This document shows, piece after piece, positions 50,714-63,360 of a DNA stretch of 64,000 bases. The notes beneath the pieces were generated by a model. The model made no database searches and was not told the origin of the DNA. It saw only the letters and a list, made by a program, of their open reading frames with translations. The translations under genes and the position numbers were made by a program. Every line of letters starts with the position of its first letter. Within the stretch, counting starts at the first letter, position 1. The DNA comes from Felis catus (taxonomy: Eukaryota): positions 56,732,001-56,796,000 of the forward strand of contig NC_058382.1 in NCBI RefSeq assembly GCF_018350175.1, in the 5' to 3' direction.

Positions 50714-53211
50714 GTAAGCGTCTGCGGCCCCAGCGCCCCTGCAGGTCGCGGCCATGGTGGCCGATCCGGGTTAATCCCACGCACCACCTGCAGCCCCGGG
50801 GCTGGCTTCCAGTTTGCAAAATCGAAACGCTGCTCTGTGGGAGAGGGGGTGCCGTTTCGCCAGGGCGTTTTCTCCTATTTGTATCTTCTGTGCGCGTGTG
50901 ATGCTGGGAAGCGCTTTGTGAGAACGAAGGCACTGAATCTCGTGAAAGTCTGCAAGAAAAGAGCTTCTAATGCCAAAGCGCCATCTTGGTGGTTTTATCG
51001 GTGTTATTTAGCGCTGAGTTAGGAGAGGCCCGTTGTGATTTTAGCATAACAATAAGGTTTTTTTTTTCAGCAAGTACAGATTGAGAGGCCAGACGGAACA
51101 GCAGCAATAAGGTAGAGCAGACTTTCTTGGCGATAACGAGGTGGCCCAGGAGCTTGTAAATAACAGCCGAGTTAGCTTGTCCAGGAGAGTCACTATTTAC
51201 TCTCACTCCTTGTGCTTTTATGATTATGGATCATGGCTGCCGGTCCCCATTTATTCCAGTGAAGCAGTGTTTGGGGGCAGGCTGAGTACACAGAATCGCC
51301 TTCGGTTGCCGAATTTGTATCCAAACTAGGAAGTTATTTGCACCATGGCTCTGACGGAAATGGGCAAATGTCATGGCTCCTTTGGGGGTCAGGGTCAGAG
51401 CCAAAGATTCGACCCCCCCGCTTGCTGACCCAGAGCATCGAATGGGTAAAGACAGCCTTTGCCATTGGCAATGGGGCCCTCCGCCTTCATCCATTGCCTC
51501 TTTGGACTGCGTGAGGTTGGTTTCATTAACCACTTTTTGCCAGTAAGAGAGCTTCCTTTCAGCTCATAGAATCTAGATAACTGCTCCAAGGTCATGGGCA
51601 GAGGAAGTGACAGAAATGGGATGCAAAATAGCTCCCAGTGAGTCATACAACTGCTCCCTGATGTGTGGTTGATGTTTCCACCCTCCCTGCCATTGAGAAA
51701 AAAGGCCCATGTCTGGATTTGCGGTTAACTCACCCCTCTGTCCAGAGTCCCAGGGCCACCCCAGATGGCTCAGGAGGGAGAGCGCTCCGGCTCCCCAGCC
51801 CCCTGTCCCCAGACACACATCACTTGTTCAGGGTGGAAATCTCCCCTTCTCCCGGTGGGGGGGGTCTGGCCGCTCAGGAATCCAACCTCAACCTGCCAGT
51901 GGCCAAAGCAGCTGATGTGGCTTCATTCTACCGCTTTCCATGACATGTGCCTATGACTGCTCAAACAGATTGCTCACTATTCCCGGGGTGCCCAAACTGG
52001 TATCCCCCCCAAAAAACTGGTTTCCCGGGTTCCACCATTGTGGGGCAGGGGAAGACTTCGGGGTCAACTAGATGTGGGAAACACGGAGTTGAAGAGAAGG
52101 AAGGATTTCTTTTACTGCAGCACTTTGAGGTACCTTGAAAATGCTTTGTGTTTCTCTAAGAGGAGCAGAGTCTGTAGGGCTTTCCAGACCTTTCTGGCCC
52201 CAGGAGTAACTGTTCCTGGGTGACCTCATTATGTCTCACTGAGCTGGTGTCCCATGGAATATTCACTGGGCATACTGGTTTATCTGCAGAATTTCTATTT
52301 CCGAAAAAGTCCTAAAGGCGTGTTTTAATATTCAGTAGACACAGGAATGAAAATAACAATTGGATAATCCCAGTCTAAAGTAAGAAGGTCTATCAATGTT
52401 GCCAAGCATGTGAGACGAATTAGTTATCTCAGTGTAACCCTGAACGTAACACCCGTCACAAACTAAATGCCTTGAGTGAGAGATGTGCCTTGTTGTCGAT
52501 ACCGCTGAATTCAAGGAAAACCTGAACGTAATTCTTACGTCGAGTAGGAGACCCTGAGTAGCCTCATGGAAAATGGATTCAGCTGTGGATGTCGGCAAAA
52601 GCACAGAACTTCTCTTTCATCAGACATTGGACAATAAGCCAAGGCGAAGGTGAGATGCCCACAGGGCGAAGGTGATGTCTCAACTCATACAAAAATAAAA
52701 GGGTTGAAGTGAGAGGGACCGGTAGCCAGCGGGTACATGAAACTCTCCCTCTAGGACATCAGATGTCCCACAGGAGCCTTTGTCCAATGTTGGACCAATG
52801 AAATTCACAGTCAAATCTGCTAATGTGTTCCTGCATGCATTTGGGATGCTAGAATGGCCGGAGACCATATAACAGAGAGGGGAAGAGGTGGGTTCTGGAA
52901 CCAGAACTGGACTCAAGTCCCGCCATGGATACAAATCTGTCAACCACCTATGTTCTTGTTTCTTCACCTGTTGCTGGGGCGGACGGTGGAGCCTATCTCA
53001 GTAGGTTCTTGTGACTGTTACGCGAGCCCGTGATGGAGAGCATTGAGATAGTGCGGGTCACCCACAGTTCTCTAGAGTGTCGGCGATGAGAAGAGTGGTA
53101 ACAAGGCAGGTGGTGGTGAGGACAGTGCTGGGATAAAAGCCGTGAGGAAGGAAATGGTGGTGGGCGAGAGGAGGATATCGTGGCGACGATGTTTCTAAAA
53201 TGTAAAAGGTT

Positions 53212-53313
53212 GGGGTGCCTGGGTGGCTCTGTCAGTTAAGCAGCCACCTCTTGATTTCAGCTCGGGTCATGCCAGTCCATGAGTTCGAGCCCCCTGTCGG
53301 GCTCTGCACTGGG
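53212..53313 (+). mobile_element. CAN-SINE 5' half (3'-truncated)
   Basis: tRNA head up to gggctctgcactg; no CT tract or tail. Confidence 0.8.
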
Positions 53314-53676
53314 AGTAGTCCCAGGCCAATGTGGTGACACCGTGGCATCACCAGTTTCCAGATTCCTCTTATCTTTCTTCTCTACCTTCTCCAAGGCTGC
53401 CTCACAATACAATAGGGTCACTGCAGCACCGGCCATCATGTCCACACACCAGGAAGAAAGAAACGGGAAGTGAGAAGGGCTAAGAAGGACTTGCTACCTA
53501 AGTAAAAATCTCCCCCAGAAAGCAACTTGGGCTTGTATGTCCTTAGCCTTCCTTATCTGTAAAGGAGCCCAAGAAATAACTCCATCTGTAGGTGGCATGT
53601 TCCAGTCTTGGACAATATAGAGATTGTTACTGAGAGAAGGAAATACTTTAAAGGTTTTTTTAGAAAGCCAATTCTA

Positions 53677-53905
53677 GGGCACCTGGGTGGCTCAGTCAGT
53701 TGAGCTTTGGACACTTGATTTCAGCTCAGGTCATGATCTCAAGGTTCATGAGTTCAAACCCCGAGTCAGACACCATGCTGACAGTGCGGATCCTGTTTGG
53801 GATTCTCCCTCTCTCTCTCCCTCTCTCTCTCTCTCCCTTTCTCTCTGCCCCTCCCCCGCTTGTGCTGTCTCTCAAAATAAATAAACTTTTAAAATATTTT
53901 AAAAA
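53677..53905 (+). mobile_element. CAN-SINE
   Basis: gggcacctgggtggctcag head, (CT)n, AATAAA. Confidence 0.9.
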
Positions 53906-54164
53906 GAACTATATGTTATCTTTATTGACATTGACATGGCAGTTCAAATCACAAGACATTTAAGTCTTCATCCAGGTGCTCCCTGGGTGATTCCCTCCTC
54001 TTCATTCATTGGTTTCTCAAACAATCAAGGAGCTACTTTATTTCTTGGGTTAGAAGTGTACTTTTTCCTCTTAATCAACTGTCTGATGCAGAATGATGTC
54101 AGGATCACATCTATTTATTTCATTCCTTTGCCGCTCCTGCTTCACATTCCATTAAGTATTTTTA

Positions 54165-54645
54165 ATAACTTTTTTGAGATAGAAGTCTATACTGTAAAGC
54201 TCACCCTTTTAAAATGTATAATCATTGGCTTTTAGTAGACTCACAAAGTTTTGCAGCCATCACCACTATCTAATTCTAGAACATTCCATCACCCCAAAGA
54301 AACCCCATGCCCATTAGCAGTCACTCCCCATCCCCATATCCCCACGACCCCTAACAACTACAAATCTTCCTTGTATTGCTATGGACTCACTCATACTGGA
54401 AATTTCGTATAAATGAAGCCATGCAGTATGTACCCTTTTGTGACTTGCTTCATTGACTCACCGTGTTTTCAAGCTTCCTCCGTGTTGTAGCATGTATCAG
54501 GACTTGGTTCCTTTTTATGGCTGAATAATACTCCATTCTATGAATTTACAACATTTTGTTTATCCATTCATCCACTGATGGACATTTGGGCTGTTTCAAT
54601 TTTTTTGGCTATTGTGAATAATGCTGCTATGCACATTCATGTACA
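54165..54645 (-). mobile_element. Old L1M 3' end, antisense
   Basis: gcagccatcaccactatctaattctagaacatt...ccactgatggacatttgggctgtttc...tgctgctatgcacattcatgtaca. Confidence 0.85.
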
Positions 54646-54796
54646 ATACACTAAATTTTTATCTGAATTTTCTCTCAATTCCCTAATGGTTAGAAAGAAA
54701 AAGAAGTTACCTATAATATTGTTCCAAATTGGGAGACTGTAATTGCTTACCTGTTTTATTGAAACATTCCAAAATGTCTTTCTAAATTGCAATTAA

Positions 54797-54934
54797 GGGG
54801 CGCTTGGGTGGCTCAGTGGGTTAAGCATGTAACTCTTGTTTTCAGTGGAGGTCATGATCTTGCGGTTCGTGAGTTCAAGCCCCACATCGGGTTCCATGCT
54901 GACAGTGTGGAGCCTGCTTGGGATTCTCTCTCTG

Positions 54935-54984
<50 letters not shown>

Positions 54985-55283
54985 CTTCCCCAGCTCACTC
55001 TCTCTGTCTCTCTGTCAAAAATAAATAAATTTTTTAAAAAAATAAATAGGGGCACCTGGGTGGCTCAGTCAGTTAAGCATCTGACTTCGGCTCAGGTCAT
55101 GATCTCACGGTTGGTGAGTTTGAGCCCCATGTCAGGCTCTGTACTGACAGCTCAGAGCCTGGAGCCTGCTTCAGATTCTGTGTCTCCCTCTCTCTCTGCC
55201 CCTCCCCGACTCGTGCTCTGTCTCTCTCTGCCTCTCAAAAATAAAGAAATGTAATAAGAAAAAAAAACAAAAATAAATAAATA
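54797..55283 (+). mobile_element. Two head-to-tail CAN-SINEs (54797-55048 and 55049-55283)
   Basis: Two tRNA heads, each followed by a CT tract and A tail. Confidence 0.92.
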
Positions 55284-56654
55284 AATTACTATTAATACAG
55301 CTTATTCAATTTTACGGACTTCTTTTTTAAAAAGCATGTAACTTTTGTACAAAAATGTACACAAATACTGAGTGATTTCATTCGTTACAAGTCAAACACG
55401 AAACCCGTATCAAGAAATAGAGCATGATTAGCAACTCAGAAACTTCCTAAAACCCTTCTCAGTCGCCTGCCTAAATGTATATTGCTTAAACCCACATACT
55501 TGGAAGTTTCCTTGTTATTTCCTTTTACTGACATCTAGCTTAATTCCACTCTGGTGGGAGAACACACTGATATGATTACAGTCCTTTGCTATTTAGTGAG
55601 ACTTGTTTTGCAACCCAGCATGTGATCAGATTTGATAAGCGGCCCATGTGCACTTGAAAACAATGTGAAATCTACAGTTGTTTGAGTTATTAGTTGTTTA
55701 CAGTTATTTTTGTTCAAATCTTCTATATATGTTGTCTGTTCATCTTTTTATTCTGTAAGTTCCTGAAAGAATACGATATCTATTATTGTAGATATATCTA
55801 TTTCTCCTGTTGCATCAAATTTTTCTTTGAGTATTTGAAGCTGTGTTATTAAGCGCATACAAATTTAAAATTGTTATATCTTCCTGATGTTTTGGTCTTT
55901 TATTATTACAAAACTTACTCTCTACCTCTGGAAATGCTTTTTGCTTTAACATTTACCTCCTCTGGTAGTAAAATGACTACTGTAGCCTTCTTAAGGTTAG
56001 TGTCATCATGCTATATTTTTTTCCATCCTTTCTTCTCTCAAGTTTTCTCTAATCTCATGTTAAAGTGTGTTTCTTATAAGCAATGTATATTTGGGTTTTG
56101 ATTTTTTTTTCACTTCTGGCAATCCCAGTCTTTTTACTTGGGTCAGTTTTTCCATTTACGTGTAATGCAAAGACCATATATTTGAGCTTAAATCTACCAA
56201 TTCTAATACTTATTTTCTGTCTGAGTACCTTCCTATAGTTATTTTTCTCTCATTTCTCACCTGTTTATTAATTAATCCATTATTTTTGTCGTTTAATATT
56301 CTACTATAAATTATTTATTACACTTAATTTTCATATTCTTGTACTAGTTTCTGAGAAGTTGAAATATACATCCTCGACTTACAGAGTCTAATGTGAATTA
56401 GCATTTTTACCACTTATGGATTCTTCAAGGACTTTAGGACAAGTAAATTACCTTTACCCCACTCCTATATCTTAAGATATTGTTGTCATGTTTTAATACT
56501 ACATGTTTTACATTTTACAAAAATATTATTTTATTTAATAAGCATTTATTCACCCTTTATATTATTACCTATTCCTTCATGTTTCTTTGCTTCCACATGG
56601 GATAATTTTCCTTCTGATTAAAGAATTCCTTTGTATTTTAAAAATAGTGCAGGT

Positions 56655-56660
56655 GTGCTC

Positions 56661-56711
<51 letters not shown>

Positions 56712-56760
56712 GGCCCCTACGCAAGGATGACACGCAAATTCGTGAAGCGTTCCATATTTT
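56655..56760 (+). pseudogene. RNU6: Full-length U6 snRNA retrocopy (5' part of a U6/L1 chimera)
   Basis: GTGCTCGCTTCGGCAGCAC...CGTGAAGCGTTCCATATTTT, 106 nt, one difference from canonical U6 (G65>A at 56719). ACAGAGA box at 56695-56701. Flanked by a TSD rather than U6 promoter sequence. Confidence 0.95.
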
Positions 56761-56811
56761 TATGGAAACCAATTTGACAATAAATTTCATATATTGAAAA
56801 AATAAATAAAT
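56761..56811 (+). mobile_element. Extreme 3' end of a felid L1 plus A-rich tail, fused to U6
   Basis: TATGGAAACCAATTTGACAATAAATTTCATA matches the felid L1 3' terminus as recalled; AATAAA at 56779-56784. TSD aaaaatagtgcaggt at 56640-56654 and 56812-56826. Confidence 0.8.
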
Positions 56812-57333
56812 AAAAATAGTGCAGGTATGATGGTGATAAATTCTCTCATTTATTATTATCATCTTTCTTGCCTGAATTTTTGATGTATATTTTCACTGGG
56901 CACAGAATCTCCGTTGATAGTTATTTTCGTGCAACACTTTCAAGGTGTCATTTCCTTGACTTCATTAACATGTCAGTTAACATTTATTGAAAGGTCAGCT
57001 GTCAGTATTCCTTTCCTCTCCATTGACAGAAATGTGGCCCTTCCTCTGGTTGCTTTTAATAACATTTCTTTGCTTTTACTTTTCCACAGTTTTATCATGG
57101 CATAATGAGGTGTCATTTAATTTGTTTTTATCACACTTGTTCCTTGTTCATAACTCAGCAAATATTTCTTTTGACCCATTTTCTCTTTTTCTTAGACTCT
57201 AACTATACATATATATTAAATTTCTATGCTTCTATTTTCCCTCATTCTTTTCCAGTTCACAAATTCTCTCTTCTGCTATGTCTAATCTTTTATATCCATC
57301 TATTAAGTTCTTAATTCCATTTATTGTACTTTA

Positions 57334-57540
57334 TTTTTTTAAGCTTATTTGCTTATTTTTTGACAGAGAGAAAGAGTACAGGTAGGGGAGGAGCAAAGAG
57401 AGAGAGGGAGAGAATCCCAAGAAGGCTCTGTGCTGTCAGCATAGAGGCAACACGGGGCTCGAACTCACAAACTGTGAGATCATGACCTGAGCTGAAATCC
57501 AGAGTTGGACGCTTAACTGACTGAGCCACCCAGGCACCCC
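57334..57540 (-). mobile_element. CAN-SINE
   Basis: TSD ttat(t/g)gtacttta; reverse head. Confidence 0.92.
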
Positions 57541-58395
57541 CAATTATGGTACTTTAGATATAATTTCCATGAATTTATTTTGTAGATTAAAATTCTCTGC
57601 TTCAGTTTTGCATTTTATCTATTTTTTAAATATATAACACAGAGTTACTTTAAATTCAATGTCTGTTAACTCCAGTATCTAGATCCCTTGTAAATCTATT
57701 TCTATTTTCAGTATTCTTCACTTGCTTTTTTGGTCATGTGTTCTGGTCCCTTGGCCTGCCTAGAATTTTTTTTTAACTCTGAATAACGCCTGTGACAATT
57801 TTTTAAAGGCAATTTTGGACTCTGGCTGATGTTGTATTCTACCAGAAAGGATTTACTTTTACTTTCTGAAACCAGTAAGAGTAGAAAAAGATAACTTTAA
57901 ATAAGTCTGGGATTGAGTTGGTTTATTGGGGAGTTTCAGTCTTTTATGAGGGCTAATCTACTTCCTGATTTCTTCTTGGTCTTCTGGGGTCCTGACTGCA
58001 AGTCTGGCATGTTTACAGAGGCTCTTCTTCCTCAGATCCCTAGCCTCGTGTCCCTGTGCCATTACAATTTAGAAAAGGCCTTCAGGGGAAAAGTTGATAG
58101 GATATTGGCCTCCCCTCACTGAGCCCGCTTCCCTCTCTGCACGATCCTGGACTCTCAATTTTGACTGCCTTGGGAGTTCCCCAGTGCTTTCACACAGGTG
58201 GAGTTTTTTGGGGGGTGTTAAATACACATTCTCAAGTCATTCTAGATTTGAGGGTTGGTCTGGAAGAACTTTGCTCGGATTACCATCCACAAAGATCATT
58301 CTTTTAATCTGAAGTATCAGGGAAAAGCAATAGTTATGTGTATGGAATTCACTGTGGCACAAAACATCCTAACATCTTCATTAAAAATATGGATT

Positions 58396-58766
58396 GGGGG
58401 CCCTGGGTGGCTCAGTCGGTTGAGCGTCCGACTTCAGCTCAGGTCATGATCTCACAGTTTGTGAGTTCGAGCCCCGTGTCGGGCTCTGGGCCGACAGCTC
58501 GGAGCCTGGAGCCTGCTTCGGATTCTGTGTCTCCCTCTCTCTCGACTCTTCCCCCGCTCATGCTCTTTCTCTCTCTCCTTCAAAAATAAATAAATATTTT
58601 TAAAAATACAGATGTTTTGAAGGGGCACCTGGGTCAGTTAAGTGTCCGACTCTTGATTTCAGTTCAGGTCATGATCTCACTGTCATGAGAGCGAGCCGCC
58701 TGTCGGGCTCTGTGCTGCGTATGGAACCTGCTTGAGATTCTCTCTCTCCCTCTCTGCTTCTCTCTT

Positions 58767-58809
<43 letters not shown>

Positions 58810-58815
58810 AAAAAA
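58396..58815 (+). mobile_element. Two adjacent CAN-SINEs (58396-58605 and 58622-58815)
   Basis: Two tRNA heads with CT tracts. Confidence 0.9.
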
Positions 58816-59154
58816 TGGATTGAAAAACTATAATGAAATAGTTTGTCAGGGCACTCATCCTCCCATTCTATTTGCTTTGCAATCAACTCATTGTACTGAA
58901 AAGGTTAAATAACTTTTGTGTCTCTTCCTTGATATTCGTAATCAAGAAGTGACTCGAACGGCAAGAGACTTGAACTAACCGCATGATCCGTGGCCGGGTT
59001 TACTTTCTGATCCCCCCACTCTTGAACTGACGTGACTCTCTCGAGTCTCCTTCATTCTTTTGGATCTTCTCCTTCGGTTTTGGTTGTTTGGTGGTTAAGA
59101 AATGCCTTTGTGTGCCTTCTTTCACCGAAAGTCTATTTAAAATGAGTGTATTTA

Positions 59155-59323
59155 GGGACACCTGGTGGCTCCATTGGTTAAGCGTCCAACTCCGGCTCAG
59201 GTCATGATCTCGCGTTTTGTGAGTTCAAACCCCATGTCAGACTCCATGCTGAGAGTACAGAGCCTGCTCGGGATACTCTCTCTCTTTCTCTCTCTGCCAC
59301 CCTCTCACCGCCTGAGCTTGCTT

Positions 59324-59364
<41 letters not shown>

Positions 59365-59396
59365 AATAAATAAATGAATGAACTTTCTTTAAAAAA
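59155..59396 (+). mobile_element. CAN-SINE
   Basis: gggacacctggtggctc head, (CT)n, AATAAA. Confidence 0.9.
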
Positions 59397-62300
59397 TCAA
59401 GTGAATATATTTATCTACTCCTCCAGTATTCCATGCACCATAGTTGAGTGCTCTCAATCAGTCTCTCCTCCCATCAGAGTATACTTCCCTTAGGAGAGCC
59501 CTGTAAAATCAGATGTGCCTGTGTCTTAACACGGACCACATAATTATACATTCTGCTTGCTCAAAAGAGATTAATCCAAAAAGCCAACCACATAGTGCTT
59601 AGAAGATCAAACCCATTTCAATTATCTGACTCAAATAACTTTTCTGGAAGGTGGAGTCCAAGGCATTTTAACAACCCACTAAATCTTTAAAGATGATTAA
59701 ATGTTATTCCAAATAGCCCGTCTTCCCTCTTCCCATGAAGCTTTTTATAGCCATCGTGGTGAACTACGTGAGACTTTTTTCTGTGACGCCGGGAAATCAC
59801 ATATCTGACAGTTTTCTAAGCGTCTGAAGTTTTAAATAACACCAAACATACACTATTGGGATTTTCATCCCCTGCTTTGTGCAGGGCGATGGGGGTGGTG
59901 CGGGAATCCCAACCTGTCGGGAAATGGAATATTTGGAGAAAATAGAACAGTGTAACTTCAGTGCACGGGTACCACCGATTCCCAGCTGTACAAACAGTAA
60001 CATCACTTCCGATGACATCAGTTCCTGGTCCATCGCTATCTGGGCCAACACCTTGTCCAAGGACTCCAGAGGCCATCTACTGCGAATTGCTTTTCCAACT
60101 TCCCATCACATAATTAACGAGGGGTTACCTGCAGAACAGCCAATACCCAGCATCCCCCATGTATCTTCACTTGGAAAAGGTGAGTTCACTGCTTTCTTCC
60201 CCTGCACCAAGGTCATAGAAAAACATGAAATCATCCGCTAAATCTCCCAGCGTTCCAATGTCACAAGTCCTGGAAACAGCAGGTCTACAGCTGGATTTCT
60301 TGACTAAAAGAGAGTGAAGGGAAACATTTGTACAACTGGAAGCATGCTCTATAAATAGAAGCCATCATCCAAACAGGATACGTCCAGCTAAGGAAAAGGG
60401 TGCTGTGTGCTTTCCTGAATTGAATTGTTCACGGACAGCAGGGTGAGGAATCTCGCGTTGTCGAAATGCCCATGCCGATTCAAACCTGTGTGAGTGATGT
60501 CAAAACATCTGGACTTTTTAAAGTGAAAAAATGTAATCTGCCCTGTGGCTGGTTCTTCAAGTCTCTTGTAGAGATAGACCAGACAGCCAGATGATTTATT
60601 GCATTAATCACTCTTTCATAATTATATTCATGATGTGTTGATCCCCACCATCCCTGTGCGAACCTCTGTGCAAATTCCATGCTTCTCCTCACCCTCTGGT
60701 TATGCTCCGAGGGTCAGCGCAACTCAGTGGCAGTAAAAGCAATTTTTTACTACAGCTGGCGGAGTCTCACCACGGGGCCACTGCAGAGCACAGTGGCCTC
60801 CGAAGACTTCATCCATCTGCTTCTATTCAAATGCAACATCTCACGCGAAGAGCAACAAACACAAAGCTATAAAACATACATTTTGTAACTCTAAGAATAC
60901 GACATTACTACACCTCCGTACGTGGCTTGCAGAATGAGAACTTAACTGTTCAAAAACAGAAAGCCCAGGGCCACAAAAATGGCACGTGGTGGAGAAGTGA
61001 ACTATCCACGCCCCCACGGCACATGGCAGCCGTTTTGTTCTGGACAGCGTCAGAAATAAGATCGTTGGGTCTTATGCGTGGGTGGTTTTAAATACCGTCC
61101 GCCCGGTCACAGCCTCCTCTCCTCTCAGGCCACACGGAAGCCCTATTTCTTCCCCCAAAACGTCACGCTTTGGCATATGCCTCCGCACCGCCGCACATTC
61201 TGTTCCCGTCTCCCTGGAATGCCTTGCTCCTCTGTATCCGGAAGACTCCCAGTTTATCCTTCAACACCCAAATTATGAATCCCCTGGGAAGGCTGCTGCT
61301 TCCTCCTTCTTGTTCCCACAGACACGAGGCATATCCTGCAGCGTGGTGTTATCACGTCACCTCCTCCTCGTGCACTCATACAATATCTCATAATACCGTC
61401 TAAACGCTTTGGTGTTTTGGCAGGACGTCATTTTCATCATTGCCTAGAGGACAAAGTGTAGGGGCGACATCAAATATGTAATTAGAGATGAGCTTACACG
61501 TCATACAGCAGATACCTATTTCAGTCTCTTGTTTCTATCTCAGCTTCTAATATGCCATTAAACATTCTTCTGTTCCATATCGTATAGTGTTATATGTATG
61601 CTAGTCTATGCTGTCATGTATTATCCCATATGTATTCTATTCCCATATGTGCACATCCTATCTGTACACATTTTATCCCTAACGTAATAGGTAATATCGA
61701 CCTTCCAATGTGCCATATAATTAGATGACTTACTTGCTTTTGGCATTCTCCCCAAATGAGAATATAAACTCCACAAGAGAGGACATTTGTCTCTTCTGTT
61801 CTCTGTTCCGGCCCCAGCACCCAGCCTGGCATGGAGTATATGACCAAATAAGAGGTGAATGAGGGGACAAATTATAAATGGTCGGCAGCAAGCAGCAGAG
61901 GCCATCAAAAAATTAAAAAGTCATGTTGTCGAGGGGACCTTGGAAAGAATCCCACCCAGCCCCCTGGTTTTGGAGATAAGGGACACCGCTCAAGGCCGAT
62001 AGCAGATCCCAGGCTGTGGCACACGTGGCTGTTACCAGTGAAAAAGTCAGGGCCCTACGGTGACACAGAAGTCACGAGCAATCCTGAGGTGTATCGTTTT
62101 ACCGTGGTTCACTGAGAGCCAAGAGGGTTGGAGTTAAATTCCTTCCCAGAAGTGAATAAATGAATCTACATAGACTGCAGGGTGCCCTGAAGGTTCTTCT
62201 CTACCCATCAAGGAAAGAGAGAGAGAGAGAGGGAGACAGGGAGGGCCAGGGAGGAAGAGAAAGGCAAGCCCGGTGTTAGTAAATAATGCCTAAGGGAATC

Positions 62301-62653
62301 ATTAGAGTGGGGACAGGCTCACCTTATTCTGTGAACTTACAAACAAGAAGGAGAGAAAATATCCCACAACTCCAGACTGGCATATGGGCTCATTGTTTGA
62401 AGTGGGATTAGACGAAATGATCCAGAATTGATTTTCATATAGTCACTTCTTTCCAAACTAAAGTCTGTTTCTGTTATAGACTGAATAGCCATTTTCCCCC
62501 TGTTGGAAGCGTTGTATTTTGCTGTCAGCCTGCTCACATCTAAGAAGATAGGGATTTATGCGAAGGATCTTCTTCAGCCTGTACTACCTGAATGTGCCTA
62601 GGCTTGCATATTACACACCATAACCTTATATGGTTGCTTTTCAAAGTGCATTG

Positions 62654-62694
62654 ATTCATTCATTCATTCATTCATTCATTCATTCATTCATTCA
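62654..62694. repeat. (ATTC)n microsatellite at an L2 tail
   Basis: About 10 ATTC units followed by L2-like sequence. Confidence 0.9.
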
Positions 62695-62959
62695 CCAGCA
62701 CATCCATCAGGCATGAGTTCCATGCTTCCTCTTTGCCAGGCCGTATATGAGGCTGAGGTACAGTGCAGTGAGCACAACATCGTCCCTGACCTTGTGATGT
62801 TATGGTCTAGAATGGGGACAGCGAGCCAGAAAATAGCTTTGGATGGCCCTTAGTGACAAGATGGAATGGGGTGAAATCACCACAGAGGGGGACAATGTGG
62901 GCACCTACCGTGACGTTCAGGGAGGTCCTCTCAGAGAAGGCAACATTTACGATCACTGT

Positions 62960-63360
62960 GTTAGTGTCCGCGGGCTGTGTGGCTTGAACAATAGACAGTT
63001 ATCCTCTCACAGTTCTGGAAGCCAGAGTCCAGGATCAAGCTGTCTGCACGGTGGTCTCTTCTGAGGGAGAGTCTGTTCATGCCTGTCTCTCAGCTTTGGT
63101 GGTTTGCTGGCAATCTATGTTGTTTATAGGCCCATAGATTTATCACCTGATCTCTGCCCTCATCCGCGCATAGCCTTCTCCCTGTGTGCACATCTGTGTC
63201 TAAATTTCCCCCCTTTGTGAGGACTGGTCGCCCGCTCTAATACCCCATTCTAACTTGGTCACCTCTGTGAAGACCCTGTTCCCAAGTAAGGTCACATTCT
63301 AAGATACTGCCGGTTGTGACTCTACCGTATCTTTTTTGGGAGACAGAAATCAACCCAGAA
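62960..63360. mobile_element. MLT1A/B/C-type MaLR LTR
   Basis: ctcacagttctggaagccagagtccaggatcaag...aagaccctgttcccaagtaaggtcacattctaagatact...aatcaaccca. Confidence 0.8.

Larger units (their letters stand above)
55490..57900 (-). mobile_element. Highly degraded ancient L1M body; hosts the U6/L1 chimera and a SINE
   Basis: T-rich with antisense L1-like motifs (tctagcttaattccact, ccatgtgcacttgaaaacaatgtg, gatggtgataaattctctca). Confidence 0.6.

Noticed and set aside
50597..51022. 141-aa ORF beginning [10 protein letters not shown] as a standalone gene
   Set aside because: It is the CDH13 exon read through the GT donor at 50714; the residues after KKE are intronic.
56655..56760. Functional U6 snRNA gene
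   Set aside because: It is bounded by a TSD, fused to an L1 end and embedded in old L1 sequence, with no recognisable PSE/TATA arrangement upstream, so it is a retrocopy.
59797..60241. Overlapping 87-120 aa ORFs as a possible retrogene
   Set aside because: No recognisable protein, poly(A) tail or TSD.
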